Below, piece after piece: positions 9,085-19,463 of a DNA stretch of 64,000 nt (the stretch's first letter is position 1; each line of letters starts with the position of its first letter). Under the pieces are notes generated by a model. That model was not told the DNA's origin, searched no databases, and was given only the letters and a program-made list of their open reading frames with translations. Made by a program: the position numbers and the translations under genes. Source of the DNA: Candidatus Latescibacterota bacterium (GTDB taxonomy: Bacteria; Latescibacterota; UBA2968; UBA8231); NCBI GenBank assembly GCA_964291625.2, contig OZ220089.1:1248001-1312000 (forward strand), in the 5' to 3' direction.

Positions 9085-10590
9085 ATGCACCGGATCCTGG
9101 TGGCCGAGTGCATGCAGGAGGTCTCCTCCTTCAATCCGGTGGAGACCCGGTACGAGCACTTCCGCGTGCGCCGGGGGGAGGAGCTGTTCGCCCGCCACCG
9201 CGGCGTCGAGTCCTACGTGAGCGGGGCCCTCCAGGTCTTCGAGGCGCGGCCCGACGTGGACGCGGTGCCGCTGTGGGGCGCCGACGCCTGCTCCTCCGGC
9301 CTGCTGGTGCAGGAGGACTTCGAGCGGCTGGCCGCGGAGTTCCTCGAGACCGTGGAGCGCCACCGCCACGGCGCCGACGGCTTCTACTTCGTCCTCCACG
9401 GCGCCATGGGCGCCACCGGCGACCTCGACCCGGAGGGGTTCCTGCTGCAGGAGGTGCGGCGCCTCGTTGCACCGGACCTGCCCCTCGTCATCTCCCTCGA
9501 CCTCCACGGCATCCTCACGCGGCGCATGCTGGAGCACTGCGACGCCCTCACCCTGCTGCACACCTATCCCCACGTCGACTTCGTCGACACCGGAGCCCGC
9601 GCCGCCCGCCTGCTGCTGCGCATCCTCGACGAGGGTTTGCGCCCCGTGGTTGGGCGCGTCGTCGTGCCGGCGCTGGTCCGCGGCGACGAGCTGATCACCG
9701 AGACCGGCATCTACGGCGAGTCGATCCGCCGGGCGCAGGAGCTGGAACGCTCGGGGACGGCCCTGGCCGCGGGCATGATGATCGGCAACCCTTTCACCGA
9801 CGTGCCCGAGCTGTGCTCGCAGAGCGTGGTGATCACCGACGGCGACCCCGAGGCCGCGGAGCGGGAGGCGCTGGAGCTGGCGCTCGGCTTCTGGCCCCAC
9901 CGGGCCCGCATGCAGGCGCCGCTCGTCAGCGTAGAGGAAGCGATCGCGCAGGCACGGGACCTGGAGGGCACGGCGATCTTCGCCGACGCCGCGGACGCCA
10001 CCAGCTCCGGGGCCAGCGGCGACAGCAACTTCATCCTCGCCGCACTGCTGGAGGCGGGATACGGAGGCCGCGTGCTCGCCCCCCTCGTCGATCCGCCGGC
10101 GGTCCGGCGCGCCTTCGAGGTCGGCGTCGGCAACTCCGGCCGCTTCTCCCTGGGCGGCGCACTGGATCCCCGCTTCACACCGCTGCAACTCCAGGCGAGG
10201 GTCACCATGCTGCGCACCGGCGACTACCCCTTCGAGTCGTGGGGCACCCGGCAGGACGCCGGCGACACGGCCCTGCTCCAGTCCGGCGGCATGACCATCG
10301 TCGTCACCTCGCTGCCGGTCTACCTCTTCGACCGGTCCCTCTTCCTCGCCCACGGCTGCGATCCGCGGCTCTTCGACATCGTGGTGGTGAAGTCCCCGCA
10401 CTGCCAGGAGCGCTTCTTCACCGCCTGGGCCGCGGCGAACTTCAACATCGACGCCCCCGGGTCGACGAGCGCCAACCTTCCAAGCCTGGGGCACACGGTC
10501 TGCCGGCGCCCCATGTATCCGCTCGACGAGGATGTCGGTTTCGAGCCGCGAGCGGAGGTGTTCTCGCGCCGGGGCCGGGAACCCACATGA
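9085..10590 (+). CDS. M81 family metallopeptidase (MlrC-like)
   Basis: QEVSSFNP, LHGAM, DPEG, SLDLH, TYPHVD, VVVKS, RRPMYPLD. Confidence 0.9.
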   Translation: MHRILVAECMQEVSSFNPVETRYEHFRVRRGEELFARHRGVESYVSGALQVFEARPDVDAVPLWGADACSSGLLVQEDFERLAAEFLETVERHRHGADGFYFVLHGAMGATGDLDPEGFLLQEVRRLVAPDLPLVISLDLHGILTRRMLEHCDALTLLHTYPHVDFVDTGARAARLLLRILDEGLRPVVGRVVVPALVRGDELITETGIYGESIRRAQELERSGTALAAGMMIGNPFTDVPELCSQSVVITDGDPEAAEREALELALGFWPHRARMQAPLVSVEEAIAQARDLEGTAIFADAADATSSGASGDSNFILAALLEAGYGGRVLAPLVDPPAVRRAFEVGVGNSGRFSLGGALDPRFTPLQLQARVTMLRTGDYPFESWGTRQDAGDTALLQSGGMTIVVTSLPVYLFDRSLFLAHGCDPRLFDIVVVKSPHCQERFFTAWAAANFNIDAPGSTSANLPSLGHTVCRRPMYPLDEDVGFEPRAEVFSRRGREPT

Positions 10591-10724
10591 TGCTCAGGTG
10601 CGCCACAGGCAACCTCGCCCCACGTCAGGGCCGGAGCCAGACATGAACCTCGGGTGCCTCACACGTAGCCTCACGCCGAGGTCCGAGCCGGATGCAGGCC
10701 GCCCGGCCAGGGGAGGATAGTCCC

Positions 10725-11744
10725 ATGCTTCGCGTCGCCATCGTTGGCTGCCACCGGCAGCTCCTCCGCAATCCGGGGAGCCACAACTTCGCCTCCGCCT
10801 TCCGCGACAACCCCGAGACCGCCGTCGCCGGGGTCTTCGACTACGGCGCGGAGGAACGGGCCGGGTTCGTCGAGTGCTGGCGGGACATCTGGGGCGAGGT
10901 GCCGGCCTTCGACGACTACGGGCGGATGCTCGACGAGGTGAGACCCGACATCGTCTGCATCGCCACGCGGCAGACCATGCACGCCGACCAGGTCGAGCAG
11001 GCGGTGGCCGCCGGCGTGCGCGGGATCCTGTGCGACAAGCCGCTGGTGACCCGCCTCGCCGAGCTGGACCGCGTCGCCGCCGCCTGCGAGAGCACGCCCC
11101 TGGCCTTCGCCCTCGACCGGCGCTGGAACCCCGCCTACCACGCCCTCCGCTCGGCCCTTGAGGCCAAGCCGGTCGGCGAGATCACCAGCATCACGGCGTA
11201 CGGCCTCTCCAACACGATCAACCACGGCTGTCACGCGTACGACGCCCTGCTCATGCTCCTCGGCGATCCCGAGCCCGCGTGGGTCAGCGGCTTCCTCGAC
11301 CCGGGCGACCCGGAGGACGAGCGCCGCCGCAGCGATCCGCCCTGCCGCGCCCAGATCGGCCTGGCCGACGGCGTCCACGCATACGTCACCTGCGACGGGC
11401 CGAGGGGCCTCGCCTTCGAGATCGCCGGCGAGGACGGGCGGATCTCCGTGTACTCGGACGCAACAGCCGTACGCATCCATGGGGACGAATCCGAAGAGCC
11501 GATCCCCCTGCCGCCGAAGGCCGAGGGCTGGCCCGCCGGCGCGGGCATGGTCGCCGACCTCGTGCGGGCCGTGAAGGATGGGGGACGCACCGCCTGCGAC
11601 GTCCCGCAGGCCCGGCGCGCCACCGAGATCGGCTTCGCCATCTGGTCCTCGTCGCAGCGGGACGGGGCGCGGGTGCGGCTGCCCGCGGACGACCGCGACT
11701 TGCGCGTGGAGTCGTATCCGTGGGGGAACGAGGCGCCGGCGTAG
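10725..11744 (+). CDS. Gfo/Idh/MocA oxidoreductase
   Basis: RVAIVGC, PDIVCIAT, ILCDKPL, NHGCHAYD; RBS GGAGG. Confidence 0.85.
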   Translation: MLRVAIVGCHRQLLRNPGSHNFASAFRDNPETAVAGVFDYGAEERAGFVECWRDIWGEVPAFDDYGRMLDEVRPDIVCIATRQTMHADQVEQAVAAGVRGILCDKPLVTRLAELDRVAAACESTPLAFALDRRWNPAYHALRSALEAKPVGEITSITAYGLSNTINHGCHAYDALLMLLGDPEPAWVSGFLDPGDPEDERRRSDPPCRAQIGLADGVHAYVTCDGPRGLAFEIAGEDGRISVYSDATAVRIHGDESEEPIPLPPKAEGWPAGAGMVADLVRAVKDGGRTACDVPQARRATEIGFAIWSSSQRDGARVRLPADDRDLRVESYPWGNEAPA

Positions 11745-11754
11745 GAGGCGAGGT

Positions 11755-12639
11755 ATGACCGAGATCGCACCGCTCGATCGCTTCCATCTCCCCCAGGCTC
11801 TGGAACTCGTCAACAGTCATCTCGGCGCGGCGATACCCGGGTGGAGCCTGACGCCGGACTACCTCTGGGGGCGCCTGCACAGGGAGCCCCAGGAAAGCGT
11901 GACCGATCCCTGGGTTGTCGAGAGAAGGTCGATCGTCGGGATCGTCAAGGACCGCGTCTGCGCCGCGGCGCACCTCCGCCGATACGGCGAAGAGACGCGC
12001 TGGAAGGGAGTCGGCGAGATCGGCTGGATCCTGTTCTGGCCGGAAGAGCGCGAGCCGGGGGAAGCGGTCATGACCGAGTGCCGGCGCCAGATGAAGGCCT
12101 GGCGGGTAACGGAGGAGCGAGTCGGTTCCCTGCCGGGTCCTGGTCTGGCGGGAATACCGGACGTCTGGCCGCACATAAGCGGTCTGATGGAGCAATTCGG
12201 CTATTCGGCGAAGGAGGAATTCGACGAGTCGCTTTATGCCGGCACGCTGGATGGTATCCCTGCGCCTGGTGAGGCGCCGACGGAAGGTGTGACGATCCAC
12301 CGCGCCATGGGCACGTTCGGCGCGCGGTTCGTCGCCCGCCTCGATGGAGAGGAGATCGCGGAGTGTGAGTGTATTGCAGACCTCACCGAAGGCGGCCAGT
12401 TGCCTTCCCTGGCCGGATGGGCCGAGCTCTTCGAGATCCAGACGAACGAAGCGATGAGGAATCGGGGAGTCGGTTCGTGGGTCGTCCGCCACGCCGTGGA
12501 GTGGCTGAGGCTGGGCCGGTACGATCGTATTGTGGTGCCGGTTGCGCGTGACGACGAACAGGCTGGCGCCGGCAGGTTCCACAGGCGGTTCGGATGGACG
12601 CCCCTGGTTCGGCAGAGGCGGGGCTGGAGACGAGCATGA
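11755..12639 (+). CDS. GNAT family N-acetyltransferase
   Basis: C-terminal motif A MRNRGVGSW and FHRRFGW. Confidence 0.75.
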   Translation: MTEIAPLDRFHLPQALELVNSHLGAAIPGWSLTPDYLWGRLHREPQESVTDPWVVERRSIVGIVKDRVCAAAHLRRYGEETRWKGVGEIGWILFWPEEREPGEAVMTECRRQMKAWRVTEERVGSLPGPGLAGIPDVWPHISGLMEQFGYSAKEEFDESLYAGTLDGIPAPGEAPTEGVTIHRAMGTFGARFVARLDGEEIAECECIADLTEGGQLPSLAGWAELFEIQTNEAMRNRGVGSWVVRHAVEWLRLGRYDRIVVPVARDDEQAGAGRFHRRFGWTPLVRQRRGWRRA

Positions 12640-12670
12640 GACTCGACGGCTGTGAGGAGACCGTCGGCAC

Positions 12671-13378
12671 ATGACACCCAACTTCGACGACTACGCGGAC
12701 AAGATACGCTCCCTGCCTTCCGTCCCCGAAGAGAGCGACGTGCTCACCAGCCGCTTCCTGTTGGACCGCGAGGACCGCCTGGAGGTCTACTACGCACCCC
12801 TCCATGGCATCACCACCGGTGCGCGAGTGGTCATCGTCGGCCTCACGCCCGGCAAATCGCAAGTGCTGAAGGCACTCCAGGCCGCCAGGACGCTGCTCTC
12901 CGAGGGGTGGCGTCCACCGCGGATATTCGACGAGATCCGACGGCGTATGGCATTCGCAGGCCCGATGAGGAGGAATCTCATCACAATGCTCGACAAGATC
13001 GGCGTGGCCGAACGTCTCGATCTCCCGACTACGGCCGCGCTGTTCGACGATGCATCCGGGTACCTTCACTCCACGTCCGCACTACGCTACCCCGTGCTCA
13101 AGAGCGGGCGGAACTACAGCGGCTCGCCGAACATCGACAGCTCGCGGCTTCTCTCGGACCTCACCAGCGCCAACCTGCTGCCTGAGCTTCAACAGCATCC
13201 CAATGCACTGATTGTCCCCCTTGGGCGCGCCGTGGAAAGGGCCCTCGCCCATCTCGGCCTCGACTGCTCTCGCAGGACGCTCTGGGGCTTCCCGCACCCT
13301 TCCGCCGGCAACGGCCATCGCGTCGCCCAGTTCACGTCGGAATACCGCCAACTCCGCAGGGCGGTGAGCGATTGGTAG
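12671..13378 (+). CDS. Uracil-DNA glycosylase superfamily protein
   Basis: Motif A-like VVIVGLTPG, IVPLGR, motif B GFPHPS. Confidence 0.6.
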   Translation: MTPNFDDYADKIRSLPSVPEESDVLTSRFLLDREDRLEVYYAPLHGITTGARVVIVGLTPGKSQVLKALQAARTLLSEGWRPPRIFDEIRRRMAFAGPMRRNLITMLDKIGVAERLDLPTTAALFDDASGYLHSTSALRYPVLKSGRNYSGSPNIDSSRLLSDLTSANLLPELQQHPNALIVPLGRAVERALAHLGLDCSRRTLWGFPHPSAGNGHRVAQFTSEYRQLRRAVSDW

Positions 13379-13418
13379 ACGCAGACCCGCTCCTACGCGC
13401 TCTGGACAATGGCGGAAG

Positions 13419-14321
13419 ATGCCGTTGGATCAGCTACCGCGACCGGAGACGAGCATGAGAACCCACAGGCTCACGGAGCACATCGGCGCCGAGGTCCGCG
13501 GCGTTGACATCGCCTCCCCCCTCGACGGCGGAACCTCCTCCCTCCTTCGCGACGCCTTCCACCGGCACTCGGTCCTCGTCTTCCGCGGCCAGGAGATCAC
13601 CGACGAGCAGCAGGTCGCCTTCAGCGAGGGCTTCGGCCCCCTGGAGATGACCATCCCCAGCGATCCCATCGGCAACGGCGGGCCGGTCGGGGTGATCAGC
13701 AACGTCGACGACAAGGGGAAGGTGATCCCCCTCGACGACAGGCGCATGCTCTACCAGAAGGGGAACGGCCTGTGGCACTCGGACGGCGCCTTCCGCAAGG
13801 CGCCGCTGCGGGGATCGCTGCTGTCGGCCAGGGAGGTGCCTCCCGCTGGCGGCGAGACCGAGTACGCCAGCCTGCGGGTGGCGTGGGAGACCCTGCCGGA
13901 GGAGCGCAAGGCCCTCATCGAGGACCTGGTGGCCGAGCACAGCATCGCCTGGTCGCGGCAGCAGATCGCCCCCGGCCTGATGGACGACGAGTTCCTCAGG
14001 GACACGCCGCCGGCGCCCCATCCGCTGGTGCGGACCATCCCCGAGACCGGGGAGAAGGCCCTCCTCGTCGGCTCCTACGCCACCCACATCGTCGGCTGGC
14101 CGTTGGAGAAGGGCCGCGCCCTGCTGGCGGAGCTGCTCGAATGGGCGACGCAGCCGCGCTTCGTCTACCGCCACGAGTGGCGCCGGCACGACCTGGTCAT
14201 GTGGGACAACGTCGGCTGCCCGCACCGCGGCCGGCCCTGGGACGGCCGCCATCGCCGGGTCATGCACCGGACCACCCTGTCGGGGGCCGGCCTGGCCGAA
14301 CAACACGGGAGAGACTCATGA
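13419..14321 (+). CDS. TauD/TfdA alpha-ketoglutarate dioxygenase
   Basis: IGAEVRGVD, WHSD, GGETEYA, HPLVR, DLVMWDN...HR, RVMHRTT. Confidence 0.92.
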   Translation: MPLDQLPRPETSMRTHRLTEHIGAEVRGVDIASPLDGGTSSLLRDAFHRHSVLVFRGQEITDEQQVAFSEGFGPLEMTIPSDPIGNGGPVGVISNVDDKGKVIPLDDRRMLYQKGNGLWHSDGAFRKAPLRGSLLSAREVPPAGGETEYASLRVAWETLPEERKALIEDLVAEHSIAWSRQQIAPGLMDDEFLRDTPPAPHPLVRTIPETGEKALLVGSYATHIVGWPLEKGRALLAELLEWATQPRFVYRHEWRRHDLVMWDNVGCPHRGRPWDGRHRRVMHRTTLSGAGLAEQHGRDS

Positions 14322-15811
14322 TCGAGGTACAGAACGGCCTTCCCCATCCGCGGGTGAACGAAGCGGTCCTGTTCCCCTTCGACAGGGAGAGCATCCCCTT
14401 CGCGTCGGGGCTGCGGCTGCACATGGTGAGCGGCAAGGCCCGGGGGCCCGAGGCGCTGGTCGTGCAGCCGGGGCCCGAGGGGGCCCACGACGACATGCGG
14501 GTCCGGTTCTACGGATCGGTGATCCCCTTCGGCGACGAGCTGCGCATGTGGTACCTGGGCAGCGGCCGCCGCGACGGGTTCCGCTCCCACCGCGTCTGCT
14601 ACGCCGTCAGCCGCGACGGACTCCACTGGGAGAAGCCGGACCTCGGCCTGGTGGACTACCACGGCAGCACGAATAACAACATGGTGGACCTGCGGGGCGG
14701 CGCCCCCGACGTGCTCGCCATGCCCGTGCTCCACGACCCGCACGACCCGGACCCGGAGCGGCGCTTCAAGCTCGCCTTCGAGTGCCGCGGCTACGAGAAC
14801 AAGAGCCTCGCCGTGGCCTTCAGTCCCGACGGTCTGCGCTGGACCGAATCGCCCCGCAACCCGGTGGGACCGATGCTCGAGCTGAGCGGCATCATCCGCT
14901 TCAACGGCTGCTACTACGTCAACGGCCACGGCGGCTTCCACTTCGGCACGGCCCGCGATCTCGTGACCTGCGCCTCGTACGACTTCGAGCACTGGACCGA
15001 GGCCACCGCCCTCGGCTTCCAGCGCGACCGTCTGCCCCTGCTCGACATGGCCGGCGTCGCCACCGGCGGCAACTCGGGCGAGCAGGTCCACCTGGGCGCC
15101 GGCCTGTGGGACCGCGGCAACGTGATCCTCGGCGTCTACGACCTCTGGCACGGCCACCCGTCGGGGGACCGCAAGCTGGTGGCCATGGACCTCGGCCTGG
15201 TGATCAGCCACAACGCCATGCACTACCACGAGCCCGCCCCCGACTTCCGGCTGGTCCCGGCCGCCGAGGAGCAGGGCGGCGACGGGGCGCTCTTCCCGCA
15301 GGAAGGCATGCCGCCGATCATCGGCGGACCGGCCATCACCCACGGCCAGGGGATGTGCAACTGGGGCGACGAGACGTTCCTCTACTACAGCGTCTGGACC
15401 ACCGGCGGCGTGCGCCTGGCCCGCTGGCCGCGCGACCGCCTGGGCTGCTTCCGCGCCTTCGAGCCCGAGGAGCTGGGCCGGCGCCCCCCGGCGCGCTGGG
15501 AGAACGCCGCCCGCCACTGCATCACCTGTCCCATACGGGCCGGCGACGCACCGGCCCGGGTGTATGCCAACGTCGACGGCGTGGGCGAGCATGCCGCGAT
15601 CGCGGTGGAGGTGCTGGACGAGGGGTTCCGGCCGCTGCCCGGCTGGTCCGGCGACGCCTGCGTCCCCCTGCGGGAGCCGGGCCTGCGGCAGCCGGTGCTC
15701 TGGAAGGACCGGGACTCCGTGAGCGGGATCGACGGCCCCTTCCGCCTGCGGGTGAGCTTCGACGGGCTGCGGCGCCACGACGGGCGGCTCTACGCGCTCT
15801 ACGTGGGCTGA
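14318..15811 (+). CDS. Five-bladed beta-propeller glycoside hydrolase-like protein with C-terminal beta-sandwich
   Basis: YAVSRDGLHWEKPDLG, SPDGLRW, SYDFEHW repeats, RDRLG, LYALYV. Confidence 0.65.
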   Translation: MIEVQNGLPHPRVNEAVLFPFDRESIPFASGLRLHMVSGKARGPEALVVQPGPEGAHDDMRVRFYGSVIPFGDELRMWYLGSGRRDGFRSHRVCYAVSRDGLHWEKPDLGLVDYHGSTNNNMVDLRGGAPDVLAMPVLHDPHDPDPERRFKLAFECRGYENKSLAVAFSPDGLRWTESPRNPVGPMLELSGIIRFNGCYYVNGHGGFHFGTARDLVTCASYDFEHWTEATALGFQRDRLPLLDMAGVATGGNSGEQVHLGAGLWDRGNVILGVYDLWHGHPSGDRKLVAMDLGLVISHNAMHYHEPAPDFRLVPAAEEQGGDGALFPQEGMPPIIGGPAITHGQGMCNWGDETFLYYSVWTTGGVRLARWPRDRLGCFRAFEPEELGRRPPARWENAARHCITCPIRAGDAPARVYANVDGVGEHAAIAVEVLDEGFRPLPGWSGDACVPLREPGLRQPVLWKDRDSVSGIDGPFRLRVSFDGLRRHDGRLYALYVG

Positions 15812-15948
15812 GGGAGCCCCGACTGCTCCTTCCTCAGGCCTGCGGTCTGCGCCTTGACATGGAACCGACGAAAGGGGACTCTGTTCTACCTTCTACCCCT
15901 CACCGAACTACCGCCTCACCGAAGCACTGTAGCACAGGAACTTCCGCC

Positions 15949-16920
15949 ATGCCCGACCGAGCCCCCCGCAACCGAACGCTCTCCTGCACGACAGAGGAAC
16001 GAGCCCGATTGAGCCGCGACATCATGCGCCTTGAAGAGCCGGCGCGCTGTCGTGACCTCGAAGGCCGGCTTGTGGGGGGCGACTTCTTTGAGGTCGCAGA
16101 GTACTTCCCGCGCGAGTTCGTCGATCTGCTTGTTCTGGATCCTCCGTACAATCTGACCAAGAGCTACAATGGCACTCGATTCCGAAAGAGGAACGGCGAC
16201 GAGTATGGCCGCTGGTTCGCCGATCTCATTGACCGACTCCTGCCGATGATGAAGCCGCAGGGCACGGTGTACGTATGCTCGGACTGGGCAACATCGGCGC
16301 TTGTGTTCCCGATTCTGGAGTCGAGACTGCAGGTTCGGAATCGGATAACCTGGGAACGCGAGAAGGGCCGGGGAGCGAAACGCAACTGGAAGAACAATAC
16401 CGAGGACATCTGGTTCTGCACGATCTCGGACGAGTACTACTTCGATGTCGATGCCGTGAAGCTGAAACGCAGAGTAGTTGCCCCCTACCGTGCGAACGGC
16501 GCGCCCAAAGACTGGACCCGGGACTCGGAAGGCAGATACCGGATGACCCATCCGTCGAACATCTGGACCGATATCACCGTGCCGTTCTGGTCGATGCCGG
16601 AGAACACCGATCATCCTACCCAAAAACCTGAGAAACTGATTGCAAAGCTGATACTCGCCAGCTCGAAGCAAGGCGACTACGTCTTCGATCCATTCGTTGG
16701 CAGCGGGACTACCGCGGTGGTGGCCGAAAAGCTGGCGCGCCGATGGTGTGGAGTCGAGGTAGAACCCGAGTACCTGTGCTGGGGGCTCAAGCGGCTGGCC
16801 GCGGCGCGCACTGATCCTGCGATTCAGGGATACGACGATGGTGTGTTCCTGGAGAGGAACACCAAGCTGGGCCAACGCCGCAAGAGGGGATCCGGCAGCC
16901 AGGCTGACATGTTCCCATGA
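15949..16920 (+). CDS. Type II DNA methyltransferase, beta class (N6-A/N4-C)
   Basis: DPPY precedes HPTQKP and DPFVGSGTT, the beta-class motif order. Confidence 0.93.
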   Translation: MPDRAPRNRTLSCTTEERARLSRDIMRLEEPARCRDLEGRLVGGDFFEVAEYFPREFVDLLVLDPPYNLTKSYNGTRFRKRNGDEYGRWFADLIDRLLPMMKPQGTVYVCSDWATSALVFPILESRLQVRNRITWEREKGRGAKRNWKNNTEDIWFCTISDEYYFDVDAVKLKRRVVAPYRANGAPKDWTRDSEGRYRMTHPSNIWTDITVPFWSMPENTDHPTQKPEKLIAKLILASSKQGDYVFDPFVGSGTTAVVAEKLARRWCGVEVEPEYLCWGLKRLAAARTDPAIQGYDDGVFLERNTKLGQRRKRGSGSQADMFP

Positions 16921-17585
16921 AGTCGGCTTTCTACTACGATGGTCACCATCGGCAGGTCGCATCCAGTATCCGGAAGCACCTGAATTCCACTCCGGACTTC
17001 CTTACTCCCCAGACGGCTCGCAGTCCCAGGGCGGTTGGCGATGCGATAGAGTCACTCGTAGCGGAGCACTTCCACACCTTTCTTGGTAGCTGGTGTCATG
17101 AGTACTCCAGCGACTTCGCACGCCGTGCAATGGCCGACCTGGCGTTCACCGACAAGGAAGGGATCTACTCCGTGGTGGACGTGAAGACACACCGAGAAGA
17201 GACGCGATTCAATATGCCGAACCTCACATCGGTAGAGCGGCTCGCTCGATTCTACGAGTGTGATACCAACGTCTTCTCAGTCATGCTGATCAGATACTCC
17301 ATCGAAGAGATCCGCCTTACCGTATCGGAGGTCATCTTCTCGCCGATCGAATTCCTGGACTGGGACTGTCTCACCGTGGGCGCGCTGGGCTGGGGCCAGA
17401 TCCAGATCGCGGATGCAAAAGAGATTCGAGTCAGGGAGCAGTACTCGCGAAAGCGATGGATGCTGCAACTGTGCGAAGTGATGATGGAGTTCTATCCGCG
17501 GGAGATCGCCAAGATCCGGGACAGGATGGATCGATTCGACCGGGTGAAGGCGTACTGGGAAACACGAGAGGACGTCTGGGACTGA
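16917..17585 (+). CDS. Putative type II restriction endonuclease (PD-(D/E)xK)
   Basis: ATGA overlap with the MTase; MADLAF...VVDVKT catalytic-like motif. Confidence 0.7.
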   Translation: MKSAFYYDGHHRQVASSIRKHLNSTPDFLTPQTARSPRAVGDAIESLVAEHFHTFLGSWCHEYSSDFARRAMADLAFTDKEGIYSVVDVKTHREETRFNMPNLTSVERLARFYECDTNVFSVMLIRYSIEEIRLTVSEVIFSPIEFLDWDCLTVGALGWGQIQIADAKEIRVREQYSRKRWMLQLCEVMMEFYPREIAKIRDRMDRFDRVKAYWETREDVWD

Positions 17586-17631
17586 GGGGAACGCACGTGT
17601 AGCGGAATCCCCGTCCGCGGGACGACCTCCC

Positions 17632-19416
17632 TCAGTCGGCTGACGCCCCGAAGCGCCGTTCCGCCACCGCCCGCGCCAGATCCCCCCGAGTCACCGGATC
17701 AGCCCGGTCGGCGCTCAGGCCGGCCTCCCTCAACATGGCGTTCGCCTCGTCCGCCCTCAGCAACTGGTCCGGCTCGAAGTGCAGATGGTCCCCGGCGCCC
17801 GGCCACAGGCCCTCCAGGGCCAGCAGCTGACCGGCCGCGAAAGCGGGATGGCCCTGGGGCAGGTCATCGTACCAGTAGAGCGGCACCCCCACCTCCAGCA
17901 GTTGCCTCTGGAAGGCCCGCAGCAGACCGGCGTCGTCGAGAACCGACCCCGGCCTGACGGCGCGGCCCAGGCAGAAGGCGGCCAGGGCGCCGGCGGCCTC
18001 GCCGATGTTCCATTCGATCGGGTGCAGGCGGTAGCAGCCGTTGGTCATGTGGGTGACGCCGAGGTTCTTGCAGGCGGGCAGCAGGTTGTCGGCGTCGGCC
18101 GGCAGCAGGGCGCCGAGGGGGACCTGGAAGGGCAGGGTCGGCCCGGTGGCGGCCACGTCGCCCGGCACGCCGTGGATGTCCATGGGATAGTGGCCGATGC
18201 CGACGCTGTCGGCGAACGGCTCGGCGCGGGCGCCGAGCCGCAGGCGGGCGAGCACGTCCTGCTCGCGTACCGTCCGCCGGGCGATGATGCGGCGGGACTC
18301 GCGGATGTATGGGTACTGCGACAGCCCGTCGGCGGTGCCCATGACGTCGGGGCGCAGGCGCATCTCCGGGTAGCCGCGGCCCTGGCCGTCGTCCCGCGGC
18401 ACCTCGGTCTGCAGCCAGTAGAGCAGCCCCAGGCTCAGATCCTTCGCCCTCCGCAGCAGACCGGCCCTCTCCGCGGGGGCCGCGTCGATGATGTTGCCGC
18501 CCTTGAAGTCGTTGCCCGCCCAGTTGATCATGGCCAGGTCCCCCTCCACTTGGCCGGGGGCGAACTGGTCGGCGGCCACCAGGCGCCGGTAGGTCCAGAA
18601 GGAGCCGGGCAGGTCGTCCACGCCCTCGAAAACCTTGTAGGTCAGGTCGCGCTCGCCGTAGCGGAGGGTCAGGGTGTAGGGCTGGTGGTCGCGGTTGTGC
18701 TCGTACCCGGGCGGCTTGGGGATGGTGTGGTTCTCGCCGGCGCGGAAGTCGACGGCGAAGGGGAAGGTGAAGGTCTGCACGAGGGCGGGGTCGGCACCAT
18801 CGGCGCGGGCGTCGGGCTCGCCGGTCTGGTCGCGCGACTCGGCGCCGCTGGCGTAGGGCAGGCCGAGCAGGGGCAGCAGGTCGCCCAGCTCGGTGGCGTC
18901 GAGGTAGTACGAGGCGCGGAAGCGGAGGTGGCGTTGGCGGCCGGGCTGGGCGACGGTGACGGAGCCGATGGTCGAGCCCTCGCGGCTGGCGCCGATGGTC
19001 CAGGCGTTGGGGTAGATCCGCAGGCGGCCGGCCTCGACCTGGGGCTTGAGCATGCCGCGGAGGGCGGACAGGCCGGCCCGCGGCTCGAAGCAGAGGCGGC
19101 TCACCCAGCCGTCGCCGGGATTGAAGAAGGGGGCCGTCTCGGCCTTGGGGGAGAGCGGCCAGCGGTTCCGGTAGTGGTCGCGGATGCTCTCGCGGAACTC
19201 GTAGTAGAGGGAGGTGGCCCCGCAGCTCTCGATGTACTGATGCTCGTCGAGGGCCGAGACGCCCTGGGAGGTGCACTGGCCGCCGAGCCAGGGGTTCTCC
19301 TCGGTGAGGCAGACCCGGTACCCGAGACGGGCGGCGCGGAGGGCGGCCGCGCAGCCGCCCAGACCCCCGCCGACGACGAGGATGTCACATTCGACTTCTT
19401 GCGTTGGCAGGTGCAT
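17632..19416 (-). CDS. FAD-dependent oxidoreductase (PF12831-like)
   Basis: VVGGGLGG, LGGQ, DATELGDL, YIRESRR, YPMDIH, YRLHPIEWNIGEAAG. Confidence 0.9.
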   Translation of the reverse strand: MHLPTQEVECDILVVGGGLGGCAAALRAARLGYRVCLTEENPWLGGQCTSQGVSALDEHQYIESCGATSLYYEFRESIRDHYRNRWPLSPKAETAPFFNPGDGWVSRLCFEPRAGLSALRGMLKPQVEAGRLRIYPNAWTIGASREGSTIGSVTVAQPGRQRHLRFRASYYLDATELGDLLPLLGLPYASGAESRDQTGEPDARADGADPALVQTFTFPFAVDFRAGENHTIPKPPGYEHNRDHQPYTLTLRYGERDLTYKVFEGVDDLPGSFWTYRRLVAADQFAPGQVEGDLAMINWAGNDFKGGNIIDAAPAERAGLLRRAKDLSLGLLYWLQTEVPRDDGQGRGYPEMRLRPDVMGTADGLSQYPYIRESRRIIARRTVREQDVLARLRLGARAEPFADSVGIGHYPMDIHGVPGDVAATGPTLPFQVPLGALLPADADNLLPACKNLGVTHMTNGCYRLHPIEWNIGEAAGALAAFCLGRAVRPGSVLDDAGLLRAFQRQLLEVGVPLYWYDDLPQGHPAFAAGQLLALEGLWPGAGDHLHFEPDQLLRADEANAMLREAGLSADRADPVTRGDLARAVAERRFGASAD

Positions 19417-19463
19417 AGGCAGCTAGTTTGCCCCCGGACTGAATATCGACGAAGGAGACGCCG

